Notes: a model not told the origin generated them from the letters alone. A stretch of DNA of 64,000 nt from Candidatus Fervidifonticultor secundus (GCA_031459385.1 JAVKIP010000016.1:1-64000); one strand, 5' to 3'; counted from the stretch's first letter, positions 1 through 10,090 are shown. A program made the numbers and translations.

Positions 1-1
1 A

Positions 2-1057
2 CCCGCGGGTACCCAGGGTATCGTCGACGCCGCCGAGTGGAAGACGAACTTCAAGAAGTTCAGCGTGCCCCTCTCGGAGATCCGCGCGGGGGGACCGCCC
101 AAGGACGGCATTCCCGCCATCGACCGGCCGAAGTTCATCGCGCCGGCCGAGGCCTCGCAGTGGCTGCGCCCCAACGAGCCGGTGATCTTCCTCGAGCGCG
201 GGACGGACGCCCGCGCCTACCCGCTGCAGATCCTGATCTGGCACGAGATCGTCAACGACACCGTGGGCGGTACGGCGGCGATCGTGACGTTCTGCCCGCT
301 GTGCAACACCTCGCTGGTATACGACCGCAGGCTCGGCGACCGCGTCCACGACTTCGGCACGACCGGGCGCCTCTACAAGAGCGCGCTGGTGATGTACGAT
401 CGGCAGACCGAGTCGTGGTGGTGGCAGGTCTCGGGGGAGGCGATCGTGGGAGACCTGACCGGCACGCGGCTGGTCCTGCTGCCGTCGCAGATCGTGTCCT
501 TCGAAACCTTCCGTCAGGCCCGGCCCGGCGGCAAGGTGCTCTCCCGCGAGACCGGCCACAGCCGCCCCTACGGCCGCAACCCCTACGTGGGCTACGACGA
601 CATCAACGCCTCGCCGTTCCTGTACGCGGGCCTGCCCGACCCCCGCCTGCGGCCGATGGAGCGGGTGGTGACCGTCTCGCTGCGCGGAGAAGACGTCGCC
701 TACCCGTTCAGCGGCCTGGCCAGGGTGGGCGTCGTACACGATACCGCAGGCGGCGTTCCCATCGTCGTCTTCTACCAGAAGGGCACGGCCTCGGCGCTGG
801 ATGCCGGCGACATCGCGGCAGGCCGCGATATCGGCGCGGCGGCGGTGTTCTCGCCGGTGGTCGACCGGCGCCGTCTGACGTTCGCGGCGCGCGGCGGGCG
901 GTTCGTCGACACCACGACGCGCAGCGCCTGGAACATCCTGGGCCAGGTGACGGAGGGACCGCTGGCCGGGCGGCGGCTGGAAGCCATCCCCCACGGCAAT
1001 CACTTCTGGTTCTCGTGGGCCTCGTACCGGCCGCAGACGCGGATCTGGAAGCCGTAG
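2..1057 (+). CDS. DUF3179 domain protein (5'-truncated by window)
   Basis: Frame open from position 2 (PAGTQGIVDAAEWKTNF...). Family-typical GGPPKDGIPAID, TFCPLCNTS (CxxC, both TGC), MYDRQTESWW, YGRNPY and FWFSW motifs. Confidence 0.85.
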   Translation, partial: PAGTQGIVDAAEWKTNFKKFSVPLSEIRAGGPPKDGIPAIDRPKFIAPAEASQWLRPNEPVIFLERGTDARAYPLQILIWHEIVNDTVGGTAAIVTFCPLCNTSLVYDRRLGDRVHDFGTTGRLYKSALVMYDRQTESWWWQVSGEAIVGDLTGTRLVLLPSQIVSFETFRQARPGGKVLSRETGHSRPYGRNPYVGYDDINASPFLYAGLPDPRLRPMERVVTVSLRGEDVAYPFSGLARVGVVHDTAGGVPIVVFYQKGTASALDAGDIAAGRDIGAAAVFSPVVDRRRLTFAARGGRFVDTTTRSAWNILGQVTEGPLAGRRLEAIPHGNHFWFSWASYRPQTRIWKP

Positions 1058-1167
1058 GCCGTCGGGTCGGCCGGCGCGCGGGTCCGGGCCCGGGCGGCCG
1101 GGCGACCGGCGGGTCCCCGCGCGCGGCCAGGTGCCCCTGGGCGGGCATTCCGGCACCAGCGGCGATA

Positions 1168-2142
1168 CTGACGCTTGCGGCCCTCGCAGTGCCGGCGTGC
1201 GCTCTGGTTCTGGCGGGCACCCCGGTGGGGCCACGCGGCCATCTGCTCGAACTGCTCCGGCCGCCTCGCGTCCAGGCCCATCGCCTCGGCCGGCCCGTGC
1301 CCGAAGTCACGGTGCTGCCCCGGCCCACCGAGCAGATCACCTGGCTGCTCTCGGTGCGCGTGGTCGACGACGATGCCCGCGACCCCGTGCGCGGCGCCAC
1401 GGTCCGGGTGGTGCCCTCGATGGCCGAGCCGCACCGGATGGTCCTGTCGGCCGTGACACTGGAGGAAACCCCGTTCATCCCGGGTCTCTACAGCGGGACG
1501 GTGACGTTCCTCCATCCTGCGCGGTGGACGCTGGCGGTGGAGGTCTCTGGGCCGGTGGTGCCGGTCCGGAAGATCGTGGAGGTTGACGTGACACCGGCCG
1601 GCAGCGCGCCGCGCGAGGGCGCCGCGCGCGTCACCGATGTGGTGACGACGGCCGCCGCGATCCGGCTCGCCCCACAGGAGTGGGTGACCCTCGCCGTGCT
1701 CGCCGTGCACCTGTGCACCGGGGCCGCGTGGGTGGGGGGGCTCGCCCTGGCCGGGGCGCGCCCGCCGGCGCCCGGGCGGCTTCGCCGGATCGTGGCGCTG
1801 TCGTGGGCTGCGGCCGCCGTGGTGGTGGCGACCGGCGTCTACAACTCGATCTACGCGATGCCGGTGCGGGTCGAGTGGTTCCGGGGCGGGGTGGGGGCGC
1901 ACCTGGCCGCGTTTGCGCGCGTACCGTTCGGCACGAACTACGGTCTGCTGCTGCTGGCCAAACATGCGCTGATCGCTACGCTGCTGGCCGTGCTGGCCGG
2001 CCTCACGCTCCTCGCCCGACGCCCGGGGGCCTCAGCGGCGCGGGCGGCGCTGTGGCTGCGGCTGGCCGCAGGTCTCGGCGCGGTGGTGCTGCTGCAGAGC
2101 GTCGGGCTCGGCTACCTGCACCGGCTGATCGCGCACTTCTAG
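1168..2142 (+). CDS. Membrane protein: YtkA/FixH-like beta domain plus CopD-like transmembrane region; start uncertain
   Basis: 3' part of the frame-1 ORF: hydrophobic N-terminus, PGLYSGTVTFLHPARWTLAVEV, then AVHLCTGAAWVGGL, ATGVYN and YGLLLLAKH (CopD-like). No clear RBS or start (CTG 1168, GTG 1189). Confidence 0.55.
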   Translation: MTLAALAVPACALVLAGTPVGPRGHLLELLRPPRVQAHRLGRPVPEVTVLPRPTEQITWLLSVRVVDDDARDPVRGATVRVVPSMAEPHRMVLSAVTLEETPFIPGLYSGTVTFLHPARWTLAVEVSGPVVPVRKIVEVDVTPAGSAPREGAARVTDVVTTAAAIRLAPQEWVTLAVLAVHLCTGAAWVGGLALAGARPPAPGRLRRIVALSWAAAAVVVATGVYNSIYAMPVRVEWFRGGVGAHLAAFARVPFGTNYGLLLLAKHALIATLLAVLAGLTLLARRPGASAARAALWLRLAAGLGAVVLLQSVGLGYLHRLIAHF

Positions 2143-2293
2143 CGCCCTGCCTGCGGCGGCTCTCCTCCCCGCCGGCCCGCTGGCGCGACTCCGCGTCAGC
2201 CCAATGGACGACGGCGTGCAACCGGGCAAAGAGCCCCTGCGATGGACGCCTCGCCGCGCTGGCGCTGCGATGGCTGCCCGCCAACACCCGGCG

Positions 2294-2320
2294 GTAGGAG
2301 CCGGGACGCTGCCCGCGAAC
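2294..2320 (+). promoter_or_regulatory. Putative sigma-H-like promoter (GTAGG-N18-GAAC)
   Basis: Lies 18 nt before the ATG at 2339. The same motif and spacing recur upstream of six other genes in the window. Confidence 0.5.
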
Positions 2321-2338
2321 GTATCAACGGTATCTACG

Positions 2339-3148
2339 ATGCAACACCTGCGCCTGCACCGCCCGCTCGTCTTCATCGACCTGGAGACCACGGGGATCAC
2401 CCCCACGGCCGACCGGATCGTGGAGATCGCCATGATCAAGGTACATCCCGACGGGCGCCGCGAGACCTACGTGCGCCGCGTGCATCCGGGGATGCCGATC
2501 CCGCCGGAGTCCACGCGGTTCCACGGCATCACGGATGCCGACGTGGCCGGCGCGCCGCCGTTTGCGGAGATCGCCGGGGAGGTCCTGGCCTTCATCGGCG
2601 ACGCGGACCTGGCGGGGTTCAACATCCAGCGGTTCGACCTGCCCATGCTGCGCCGCGAGCTGTCGCTGGCCGGGTACCGGCTCGACATGGACGGGCGTGC
2701 CGTGGTGGACGCGCAGATCATCTACCACCGCAAGGTGCCGCGGGACCTGGCCGCTGCCTACCAGTACTACTGCGGGAAGGATCTGACCCAGGCCCATAGC
2801 GCGGGCGCCGACATCGCGGCATGCGTGGAGGTGCTGGACGCGCAGCTCGCCACCTACCCCGACCTGCCGCGCACCCCGCACGAGCTCGACGCGCACTTCA
2901 CGCCGCGCGACCCCAGCTTCATCGACCCCGAGGGCCGGTTCATCTGGCAGGGCGACGAGGCCATCGTCAACTTCGGGCCCGATGGCATCCGGGGCCGGCC
3001 GCTGCCCGACGTGGCCCGCCGCGACCCCGGCTTCCTGCAGTGGATCCTGCGGAAGGACTTCCACCCCGAGATCAAGCTGATCGCCCAGGACGCCCTGGCT
3101 GGCCGGTTCCCGACGCGCCGCGGCGCGCCCGGCGGCGTGCCGGCATGA
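2339..3148 (+). CDS. DEDDh 3'-5' exonuclease (DnaQ/epsilon-like)
   Basis: FIDLETTG (ExoI), AGFNIQRFD (ExoII), AHSAGADI (ExoIII); C-terminal FG...DPGFLQWI extension. Confidence 0.88.
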   Translation: MQHLRLHRPLVFIDLETTGITPTADRIVEIAMIKVHPDGRRETYVRRVHPGMPIPPESTRFHGITDADVAGAPPFAEIAGEVLAFIGDADLAGFNIQRFDLPMLRRELSLAGYRLDMDGRAVVDAQIIYHRKVPRDLAAAYQYYCGKDLTQAHSAGADIAACVEVLDAQLATYPDLPRTPHELDAHFTPRDPSFIDPEGRFIWQGDEAIVNFGPDGIRGRPLPDVARRDPGFLQWILRKDFHPEIKLIAQDALAGRFPTRRGAPGGVPA

Positions 3149-3627
3149 TAGCCCTCGGCCCGGCCAGCGAGCGGGTGGCGGCAGCCCTGCGCGCGGCCGG
3201 CATCGCCGCAACGATCCGGGAATTCCCCCAGGGCACGCGCACCGCGCAGGACGCGGCCGCGGCCATCGGCACGTCCGTCGCGAAGATCGTGAAGTCGCTG
3301 GTCTTCCTGGCGGACGGGCGGGGGGTGCTGGTGCTGGCGTCGGGGGCCAACCGGGTCGACCCCGGACGCGTCGCCCGGGCCCTGGGGGCCGCGCGGGTCG
3401 AGCGCGCCGACGCCGACCGCGTGCGGGCGCTGACGGGCTTCGCGATCGGCGGGGTGCCCCCGCTCGGCCATGCCACGCCGCTGGAAGTGCTCATCGACGA
3501 GGACCTGCTGGCCTACGACGTCGTCTACGCCGCGGCGGGCACGCCCACCGCCGTGTTCGCGGTGGCGCCGGCCGACCTGGTGCGCGCCACGGGCGGCCGT
3601 GTGGTGGCGGTGGCCCAGCCCCGGTAG
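3145..3627 (+). CDS. YbaK/EbsC family aminoacyl-tRNA deacylase
   Basis: TRTAQDAA, IVKSLVF, TGFAIGGVPP, AAAGTP motifs; ATGA overlap with the exonuclease stop. Confidence 0.88.
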   Translation: MIALGPASERVAAALRAAGIAATIREFPQGTRTAQDAAAAIGTSVAKIVKSLVFLADGRGVLVLASGANRVDPGRVARALGAARVERADADRVRALTGFAIGGVPPLGHATPLEVLIDEDLLAYDVVYAAAGTPTAVFAVAPADLVRATGGRVVAVAQPR

Positions 3628-3740
3628 GGCGGCAACGAGGAGTTCGCGGCGGCCTCGCGGGACCTCCCCGTCGCCCAGCTGCACACCGGCCTGTTGCGCC
3701 CGCGTGCCGGCAGCGTACGCACCGGTGGCCGCCCGCAGGT

Positions 3741-3768
3741 GCAGGAGGCCGCACGGACCCCGCCGAAG
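3741..3768 (+). promoter_or_regulatory. Putative sigma-H-like promoter (GCAGG-N19-GAAG)
   Basis: About 50 nt upstream of the ABC substrate-binding gene start; matches the recurring motif. Confidence 0.45.
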
Positions 3769-3817
3769 CCAGCCGCAAGAAATCCACCAATTGCATACTG
3801 GCGGGGGAGTGGTGGAG

Positions 3818-5476
3818 ATGCGGCACCTTCGCGTGGCAGGACCCGTGGCGTGGAGCCTGGTCCTCATCCTGGGCATTCCCCTCGCGGCCGGGCCAGCTGG
3901 CGCACCGGAGGAGCGGCCGAAGTACGGCGGCTCGCTGGTGAAGACCGACATCTACGGCGATCCCCAGAACCTCGACCCCATGGTCGGCGTGCGCGTCGCC
4001 ACCATCATGGTGACCATGAACATCTACGACGGGCTGGTGAAGTTCGACCCGGTGCGCGGCCGCATCATCCCCGATATCGCCGAGCGGTGGACGACCAGCC
4101 CGGACGGCCGCATGTACACCTTCACGCTCCGCCGCGGCGTGCTCTTCCACAACGGGCGCGAGGTCACCGCCGAGGACTTCAAGTATTCGTTCGAACGCAT
4201 CGCCCATCCTGACAACGCCTCACCCTATCTGCCGCGGCTGGCCTTGCTGGGCGTCTCGGGAGTCGGCGAGTACCAGGCGAAGCGGGCCCGCGAGATCACC
4301 GGCCTCCGGGTGCGCGACAAGTACACCCTGGAGGTGGCGCTGGACAAGCCCAACTGCCTGTTCATCTACGATCTGGGGAGTGCCTGGGCGTCGGTCGTCC
4401 CCCGGGAGGAGGTCGAGCGGCTCGGCCGGGAGTTCGGCTCTCGCCCGGTGGGCTCCGGGCCGTTCGTGTTCGACTCCTGGGTGCGCGACAGCCAGGTGGT
4501 GCTCAGGAAGTTCGACAAGTACTGGCGGACCGACCGCTGGGGGAACAAGCTGCCCTACCTGGACCGCGTGACCTTCCGCGTCATCAAGGAGATGGCCACC
4601 ACCGAGGCCGAGTTCGAGGCCGGGAACCTCGACTTCTCGGTGATGCTCGACCCGCAGTACCGCAAGTACAAGCAGCACCCGGTCTACAAGAACCACATCA
4701 TCGAGGTCGCCGAGCTCTTCACCCGGCACATCGGCTTCAACCTGGACGCCCCGGGCCGGCCCTGGCAGGACAAGCGGGTGCGGCAGGCGATCAACCACGC
4801 CATCGACCGGGCGGCCATCGTCGAGAAGGTGCTGCATGGCAAGGCGTTCCCCGCCGTCGGGATTCTGCCGCCCACGATCGCCGGCCACAACCGCAACCTG
4901 CGGGGGTACGACTACAACGTCGACAAGGCGAAGCGCCTGCTGGCCGAGGCCGGGGTCGGCGGCGGCTTTGCGGCCAGGATCATCACCACCGACCATCCGG
5001 CCTGGGGCCTGCCGGCGGTGGAGGCCGTCATGGGCTACCTGGTCCAGGTGGGCATCCGGCTGGAGCCCGAGCTGATGGAAGGCGCCACCCTGATCCGGCG
5101 CATGCAGGAAGGGCAGTTCGAGTGGTTCATCTCGTCCACGGGGGGCGACACGCACCCGCTGGCGTACCTCCAGCGGCGGTTCCACTCGCGGCAGGCCGGG
5201 CCGCCCGGGAACTACGCCCGCTACCGGAACCGGACCGTCGACGACCTCCTGGACCGCGCGGCTGAGGATACGCGGTGCGGCGACGCGATGATCAGCCTGC
5301 TGCGGCAGGCCGAGGCCATCATCGTGGACGAGGCGCCCTGGTGGTTCTACAACTACAACAAGGCCGTCATCGCCCACCAGCCGTACGTGCGCGGTCTCAA
5401 GCCCGTGCCGACCGACATCGACTACCAGGACCTGGACGAGGTGTGGTTCGCCTCGCCCCCGCCGCGGCGGCGCTAG
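3818..5476 (+). CDS. Peptide/nickel ABC substrate-binding protein (family 5)
   Basis: Signal peptide; LDP...YDGLV, SPDGRMYTFTLRRGVLFHNG, PVGSGPF, VRQAINHAIDR. Confidence 0.92.
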   Translation: MRHLRVAGPVAWSLVLILGIPLAAGPAGAPEERPKYGGSLVKTDIYGDPQNLDPMVGVRVATIMVTMNIYDGLVKFDPVRGRIIPDIAERWTTSPDGRMYTFTLRRGVLFHNGREVTAEDFKYSFERIAHPDNASPYLPRLALLGVSGVGEYQAKRAREITGLRVRDKYTLEVALDKPNCLFIYDLGSAWASVVPREEVERLGREFGSRPVGSGPFVFDSWVRDSQVVLRKFDKYWRTDRWGNKLPYLDRVTFRVIKEMATTEAEFEAGNLDFSVMLDPQYRKYKQHPVYKNHIIEVAELFTRHIGFNLDAPGRPWQDKRVRQAINHAIDRAAIVEKVLHGKAFPAVGILPPTIAGHNRNLRGYDYNVDKAKRLLAEAGVGGGFAARIITTDHPAWGLPAVEAVMGYLVQVGIRLEPELMEGATLIRRMQEGQFEWFISSTGGDTHPLAYLQRRFHSRQAGPPGNYARYRNRTVDDLLDRAAEDTRCGDAMISLLRQAEAIIVDEAPWWFYNYNKAVIAHQPYVRGLKPVPTDIDYQDLDEVWFASPPPRRR

Positions 5477-5518
5477 CGGCCGTGTCCAGGAGATGGCGAG
5501 CGTCGTGAGGGCCCACAC

Positions 5519-5547
5519 CCCCCAGCGCTGCACAGCAGCGCTGGGGG
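5519..5547 (+). terminator. Perfect 13-bp stem-loop between SBP and permease genes (mRNA stabiliser or partial terminator)
   Basis: CCCCCAGCGCTGC-ACA-GCAGCGCTGGGGG; no U-tract. Confidence 0.55.
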
Positions 5548-5567
5548 CCTAGGTTGCGCGCCGGACC

Positions 5568-6503
5568 GTGCTGCGGTACGCGCTGCGGCGCCTGGTGCTC
5601 GCCATCCCCATCTTCCTGGGGATCACCCTCATCACGTTCGTCCTCATGTACCTGGTGCCGGGCGATGCCACGGTGATCTTCATCGACCCGCAGATCGGCA
5701 TGATGGACCCGGCGGCGGCCGCGGCCATCAGGAAGAAGTGGGGGCTGGACGATCCGCTCCACGTCCAGTACGTGCGCTTCGTGTGGAACGTGGTGCGGGG
5801 CGACCTGGGGATCTCGTACCGCACCAACCAGGACGTGACCCGCGCCGTGCTCGAGCGCATCCCGGCCACGGCCACACTGGCCTTCGCGGCCATGGCGATC
5901 GCCACGGTCATGGGCGTCAGCGCCGGGGTCTTTTCCGCCGCGCGGCGGGGCTCGCTGTTCGACACCGCGTCGATGGTGGTGGCGCTGTTCGGCATCTCCA
6001 TGCCCGTCTTCTGGCTGGGGCTCATGCTCATGTGGTTCATCGGTGTAAAGTGGCCGGTGCTGCCGCCCTCGGGCTACGGGCAGGGGCAGCTGGCGTATCT
6101 GGTCCTCCCGTCGCTCACGCTGGGGCTGGCGTTGACCGGGGGCATCGCCCGCATGACCCGGTCGGCGATGCTGGACGTGATCCACCGGGACTACGTGCGC
6201 ACCGCGCGGGCCAAAGGCGCGGACGAACGCGCCGTCATCGGCCACCACGCGCTGCGCAACGCGCTGATTCCCGTGGTCACGCTGCTGGGCATCGAGACCG
6301 GCACCGTGATGGCCGGGGCGGTGATCACGGAAACGGTCTTCTCCTGGCCGGGGATCGGCCGGCTGCTCGTGGACTCCATCAACCAGCGCGACCTGCCGCT
6401 CGTGCTGGGATGCGTCGTCTTGTTCGCCGTGATCTTCATCGCGGTGAACCTGGTTGTCGATGTGGTCTACGGCCTGCTCGACCCGAGGATCCGCTACGCC
6501 TAG
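5568..6503 (+). CDS. ABC permease, DppB/OppB type
   Basis: PGD, GDLGISY, SMPVFWLG, DYVRTARAKG, HALRNAL, ETVFSWPGIG, DPRIR. Confidence 0.93.
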   Translation: MLRYALRRLVLAIPIFLGITLITFVLMYLVPGDATVIFIDPQIGMMDPAAAAAIRKKWGLDDPLHVQYVRFVWNVVRGDLGISYRTNQDVTRAVLERIPATATLAFAAMAIATVMGVSAGVFSAARRGSLFDTASMVVALFGISMPVFWLGLMLMWFIGVKWPVLPPSGYGQGQLAYLVLPSLTLGLALTGGIARMTRSAMLDVIHRDYVRTARAKGADERAVIGHHALRNALIPVVTLLGIETGTVMAGAVITETVFSWPGIGRLLVDSINQRDLPLVLGCVVLFAVIFIAVNLVVDVVYGLLDPRIRYA

Positions 6504-6584
6504 GCGGCGCGGGGCAGGGGCACGCGCGATGGACGGGGGTGAACGCCAGGCGGGCGCGAGCGGCGCGCACGACGCGATGGGGCG

Positions 6585-7484
6585 ATGGCGCGCGTCGTAG
6601 CAGGCGCCCGGCTCGTCCCGGCACCCGGCGCGCTGCGCCCGCTTTCCCCCCAGGCGCTCCTGTGGCGGCGCCTGCGTCGGACCCGCAGCGCTGCCATCGG
6701 TGCGGTGGTGGTCGGCATCCTGGCTCTGGCGGCCGTGGCCGCGCCCTGGCTGGCCCCGCACGATCCGATCCGGAATGACCTCTCCCGCACCCTGGCCCCG
6801 CCCGGCGCGCCCGGGCACCTGCTCGGCACCGACAACCTGGGCCGGGACATCCTGAGCCGGATCATCTTCGGCAGTCGCATCTCGCTCACCGTGGGCCTGG
6901 TGGTGCAGAGCGCCGCGGTCGGCATCGGCACGGTGCTGGGGCTGCTGGCCGGCTACTACGGCGGCTGGCTCGATGACGGCGTCTCCGGTCTGACCAACAT
7001 CATGTTCGCGTTCCCGCGCTTTCTGTTCGCGCTGGCCATCATGGCGGTGCTGGGCGCGAGCCTCTACAATGTCTTCATCGCGCTGGGCGTGGTGGGCTGG
7101 CCCACGATCTGCCGCCTCGTGCGCGGGGAAGTGCTGGCGCTCAAGGCGGAGGACTTCGTGGAGGCGGCGCGGGCGAACGGGGCGTCGGATGTGCGCATCA
7201 TGGTCCGCCACATCCTCCCCAACACCCTGGGCCCCATCATCGTCGCCGCGACCCTCGGCGTGGCGGGCGCCATCCTGGCCGAGGCCAGCCTGAGCTTCCT
7301 CGGGTTGGGCGCGCAGCCGCCGGCGCCGAGCTGGGGCTCGATGCTGAGCCGTGGCCGCGCCTACATCTGGAGTGCGCCGTGGATGACGTTTTTCCCGGGC
7401 CTGGCGATCTTCGTGGCGATCCTGGGGCTGAACCTGCTGGGCGACGGCCTCCGGGACGTGCTCGACCCGCGGATCCGGCACTGA
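6585..7484 (+). CDS. ABC permease, DppC/OppC type
   Basis: HLLGTDNLGRDILSR, FVEAARANG, EASLSFLGLG, PSWG, NLLGDGLRDVLDP. Confidence 0.93.
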   Translation: MARVVAGARLVPAPGALRPLSPQALLWRRLRRTRSAAIGAVVVGILALAAVAAPWLAPHDPIRNDLSRTLAPPGAPGHLLGTDNLGRDILSRIIFGSRISLTVGLVVQSAAVGIGTVLGLLAGYYGGWLDDGVSGLTNIMFAFPRFLFALAIMAVLGASLYNVFIALGVVGWPTICRLVRGEVLALKAEDFVEAARANGASDVRIMVRHILPNTLGPIIVAATLGVAGAILAEASLSFLGLGAQPPAPSWGSMLSRGRAYIWSAPWMTFFPGLAIFVAILGLNLLGDGLRDVLDPRIRH

Positions 7485-7784
7485 AGGAGGAGCACGCCCC
7501 CTTTCGGCGTCTGCGTCAGCGCGAGGTCCAGTCGTACGATGCGTCGTGCGGGCTGCCCGGGCGCTGCCCAGGCCGACCAGCACGACGAGCAGGGCGAGTC
7601 GCATCTGTTCCACGATCGTACCGGGGTCGGGCCAGGGGGTGCCCATCGCCGCGTGGCCCCGGGGGATCCTGTGGCGCCGTCGCCAGCCGGTGCGCGGAAA
7701 GACCGCGTGCCGCCGGGGAATGGAAACATGGAGGTCGTCGGCTGCGTTATACAGTGCATGGCAGCGAGGGGGCACCTGACGTCG

Positions 7785-9119
7785 ATGCACCCGACACAAG
7801 TGCAGCGCCCCGTGGCAGCGCACTCGGCCGCCCCCCAGCGGCTGCTGGCCGCGATCGTCGCGCTGGCGATCGCTCTGGCCTTCGCACCCGCGCAGGCGGC
7901 TGGGCCCGCAGCGCAGCCGCCCCCCGAGGCGCCCTCAGGCGCCCAGGCCTTCGCGCACGTCCAGCACCTGGCCGGCGTCATCGGCCCGCGCCCTGCCGGT
8001 ACACCCGCCGAGCGCCAGGCAGCCGACTACCTGGCCGCGACCCTGCGCCAGCACGGCTATCCGGTCGAGATGCACGCCTTCCCATTCCCTTTCTTCGAGG
8101 CGCGGCGGGTCGATGTGCAGGTGGCGGGCGCGACTCCCCGCACGCTCGCGGCCCAGGCCCTCTTCCTCTCGGCGGCGACACCGCCCGGCGGGGTGGAGGC
8201 CGACGTGGTCGTCGCCGGGCTGGGGCGGCCCGAGGACTACGAGGGCCGTCGCGCCGACGGGGCGATCGTGCTGGTGGAGCGTGGCATGATCACCTTCCGC
8301 GAGAAGGTGACCCACGCGGCAGCGCGCGGCGCGGCGGCGGTGGTGGTCTACAACAACCAGCCCGGCCTGGTGGCGGGCACGCTGGGGCAGCGCAGCGAGA
8401 TCCCGGCCGTCATCGTCTCGCAGGACGACGGCCGCGCCCTGGTCGAGGCCGTGCAGCGCGGCGGCCTGCGGCTGCGCCTGGTGGTAGACGCCGTGCACGA
8501 GACCCGCACCGCCGCCAACGTCGTGGCCACCAGGCGCGGGGCGACGCAGCCCGACGCGATCGTGGTGGTCGGCGCGCACTTCGATTCGGTGCCGGGCAGC
8601 CCGGGCGCCAACGACAACGCCTCGGGCGTGGCGGCGGTGCTGGAGGCGGCGCGGGTGCTGGCGGACGCGCCGCTGGCCCGCACGGTGCAGTTCGTGCTGT
8701 TCTCGGCCGAAGAGCTCGGACTGCACGGCTCGGCGGCCTTCGTGAGCGAGCGGCGCGCCGGCGTGATGGCCATGGTCAACCTCGACATGGTCGGCTGGGG
8801 CGACCGCCTGATGGCCGGCAACGGCTCGGGGCGCGATGACGGTCCCGTGGGCGCGGCGCTGGAGGTGGGGCGGCGCCTGGGCATCGAGATCACGCGCTTT
8901 CGCGCCACGGCCAGCGACCACACGAGCTTCGAGCGTGCCGGCGTGCCCGCCGTGTTCCTGCACCGCGGCGTGGATCCGCACCACCACCGGCCGACCGACG
9001 TGCCGGCGAACATCGCCCCCGGCCACCTGGAGGAGGCGGGACGGCTCGTCGCGGCGCTGGTGCAGGAACTGGCGGGCGCGCGCAGCGCGCGGCGTCCTCC
9101 GGCGCGGGTGCGGGGCTGA
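7785..9119 (+). CDS. Secreted M28 family aminopeptidase with PA domain
   Basis: Signal peptide; PA domain (LVERGMITFREK, AVVVYNN); GAHFDS, GANDNASG, AEELGL, NLDMVG, SDH. Start approximate. Confidence 0.88.
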   Translation: MHPTQVQRPVAAHSAAPQRLLAAIVALAIALAFAPAQAAGPAAQPPPEAPSGAQAFAHVQHLAGVIGPRPAGTPAERQAADYLAATLRQHGYPVEMHAFPFPFFEARRVDVQVAGATPRTLAAQALFLSAATPPGGVEADVVVAGLGRPEDYEGRRADGAIVLVERGMITFREKVTHAAARGAAAVVVYNNQPGLVAGTLGQRSEIPAVIVSQDDGRALVEAVQRGGLRLRLVVDAVHETRTAANVVATRRGATQPDAIVVVGAHFDSVPGSPGANDNASGVAAVLEAARVLADAPLARTVQFVLFSAEELGLHGSAAFVSERRAGVMAMVNLDMVGWGDRLMAGNGSGRDDGPVGAALEVGRRLGIEITRFRATASDHTSFERAGVPAVFLHRGVDPHHHRPTDVPANIAPGHLEEAGRLVAALVQELAGARSARRPPARVRG

Positions 9120-9137
9120 CGGCTCAGGCCCGGTCGG

Positions 9138-9809
9138 CTACCACCAGGTGTGCCGGTCGGCGTAGTACTCCGCCGGCGCCGTGGGGTGCTCCGCGCGGAA
9201 TGCCCGGTAGGCGGCCAGCAGGCGCCGGTACCGTGCATCCGACGAGCGCAGCTGCCGGTGCGGGTAGTCGATGAGGAAGCGCTCGACCTTCCACATGTTG
9301 CGGCGGTTCAAGCGCCAGTCGTAACCGCCCAGCGCGCGCAGATCGACCACCGCGTATCCCACCACGCGCCCCGTAAAATCCACGTAGGGCGGGTAGTAGC
9401 TCCAGACCATGTCGCGGATCGAGCGGAATACGGGCCGCCGGCCGTGCAGGCCCGCGTCGCGCGAGCGCCCCACCGCACCCCAGCGGCCTCGATGACGGAA
9501 GACGAAGACGACGTGGTCGAGGTTGTCCTTCGACTCGAGGCTGAGCACGAGCGGCGGGTAGCCGTGCTGCTCCATGATGACGGTGGCCGCCAGCGCGGCC
9601 TCCAGGCAGTGGGCCTCGCCGGCGCGCACGACCTCGCGAAACGAGCGCAGCGTGGTCCCCACACAGTGGTGGCAGTAGCGCAGGGACCGCAGCCACCGCT
9701 GGACCTGCCGCGGAGTGCGATGGGCCTCGATGATCGCGCATTCCTTCCGGGTGAACGCGTCGCGGGGCGGGGGGCCCGGTGACCTGGGTGCGCTGTGCCG
9801 GTCAGACAA
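9138..9809 (-). CDS. Conserved hypothetical protein, possibly transglutaminase-like fold
   Basis: Compositionally realistic 223-aa ORF with AHCLEAAL, DHVVFVF and WGAVGRS; TTG start uncertain. Confidence 0.65.
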   Translation of the reverse strand: MSDRHSAPRSPGPPPRDAFTRKECAIIEAHRTPRQVQRWLRSLRYCHHCVGTTLRSFREVVRAGEAHCLEAALAATVIMEQHGYPPLVLSLESKDNLDHVVFVFRHRGRWGAVGRSRDAGLHGRRPVFRSIRDMVWSYYPPYVDFTGRVVGYAVVDLRALGGYDWRLNRRNMWKVERFLIDYPHRQLRSSDARYRRLLAAYRAFRAEHPTAPAEYYADRHTWW

Positions 9810-10039
9810 CGCCGACGGGGACCACGCGGCGGAACGGGTAGAGGATCCGGCCGTCCGGGCGGGAGGGAGAGGCGTCGCGCAGGCGGCGCCGGTCAGGGGC
9901 CCGGCGGGTGCCGGCGATCTCGCCCTGGTGCACGTGCTTCGGCATGCGACCTCCCATCGGGCGCCGGGCTCCGGATCGGAGTCCGCGCGCCGGGGCGTTG
10001 TTCGGCGGACACCGGGCCGTCCCTGCGGGCGCCGCGCCG

Positions 10040-10068
10040 TTGCCCGTCGCGGCGCTGGATGCTACACT
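10040..10068 (+). promoter_or_regulatory. Sigma-70/A promoter of the rib operon
   Basis: TTGCCC-17 nt-TACACT with extended TG at 10060-10061, just upstream of the riboswitch. Confidence 0.65.
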
Positions 10069-10090
10069 GGCCCCAGCCAACTTTATAGCA

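Noticed and set aside
290..310. Second selenoprotein in DUF3179
   Set aside because: Both CxxC codons are TGC; no in-frame TGA in the visible part.
2143..2290. Possible c-di-GMP riboswitch (GGGCAAA) upstream of the exonuclease
   Set aside because: Lacks the rest of the GEMM consensus and the paired two-stem architecture.
7490..7650. Minus-strand signal-peptide-like stretch MRLALLVVLVGLG
   Set aside because: No SD, no coherent downstream domain, and it runs antisense into dppC; at most a gene remnant.
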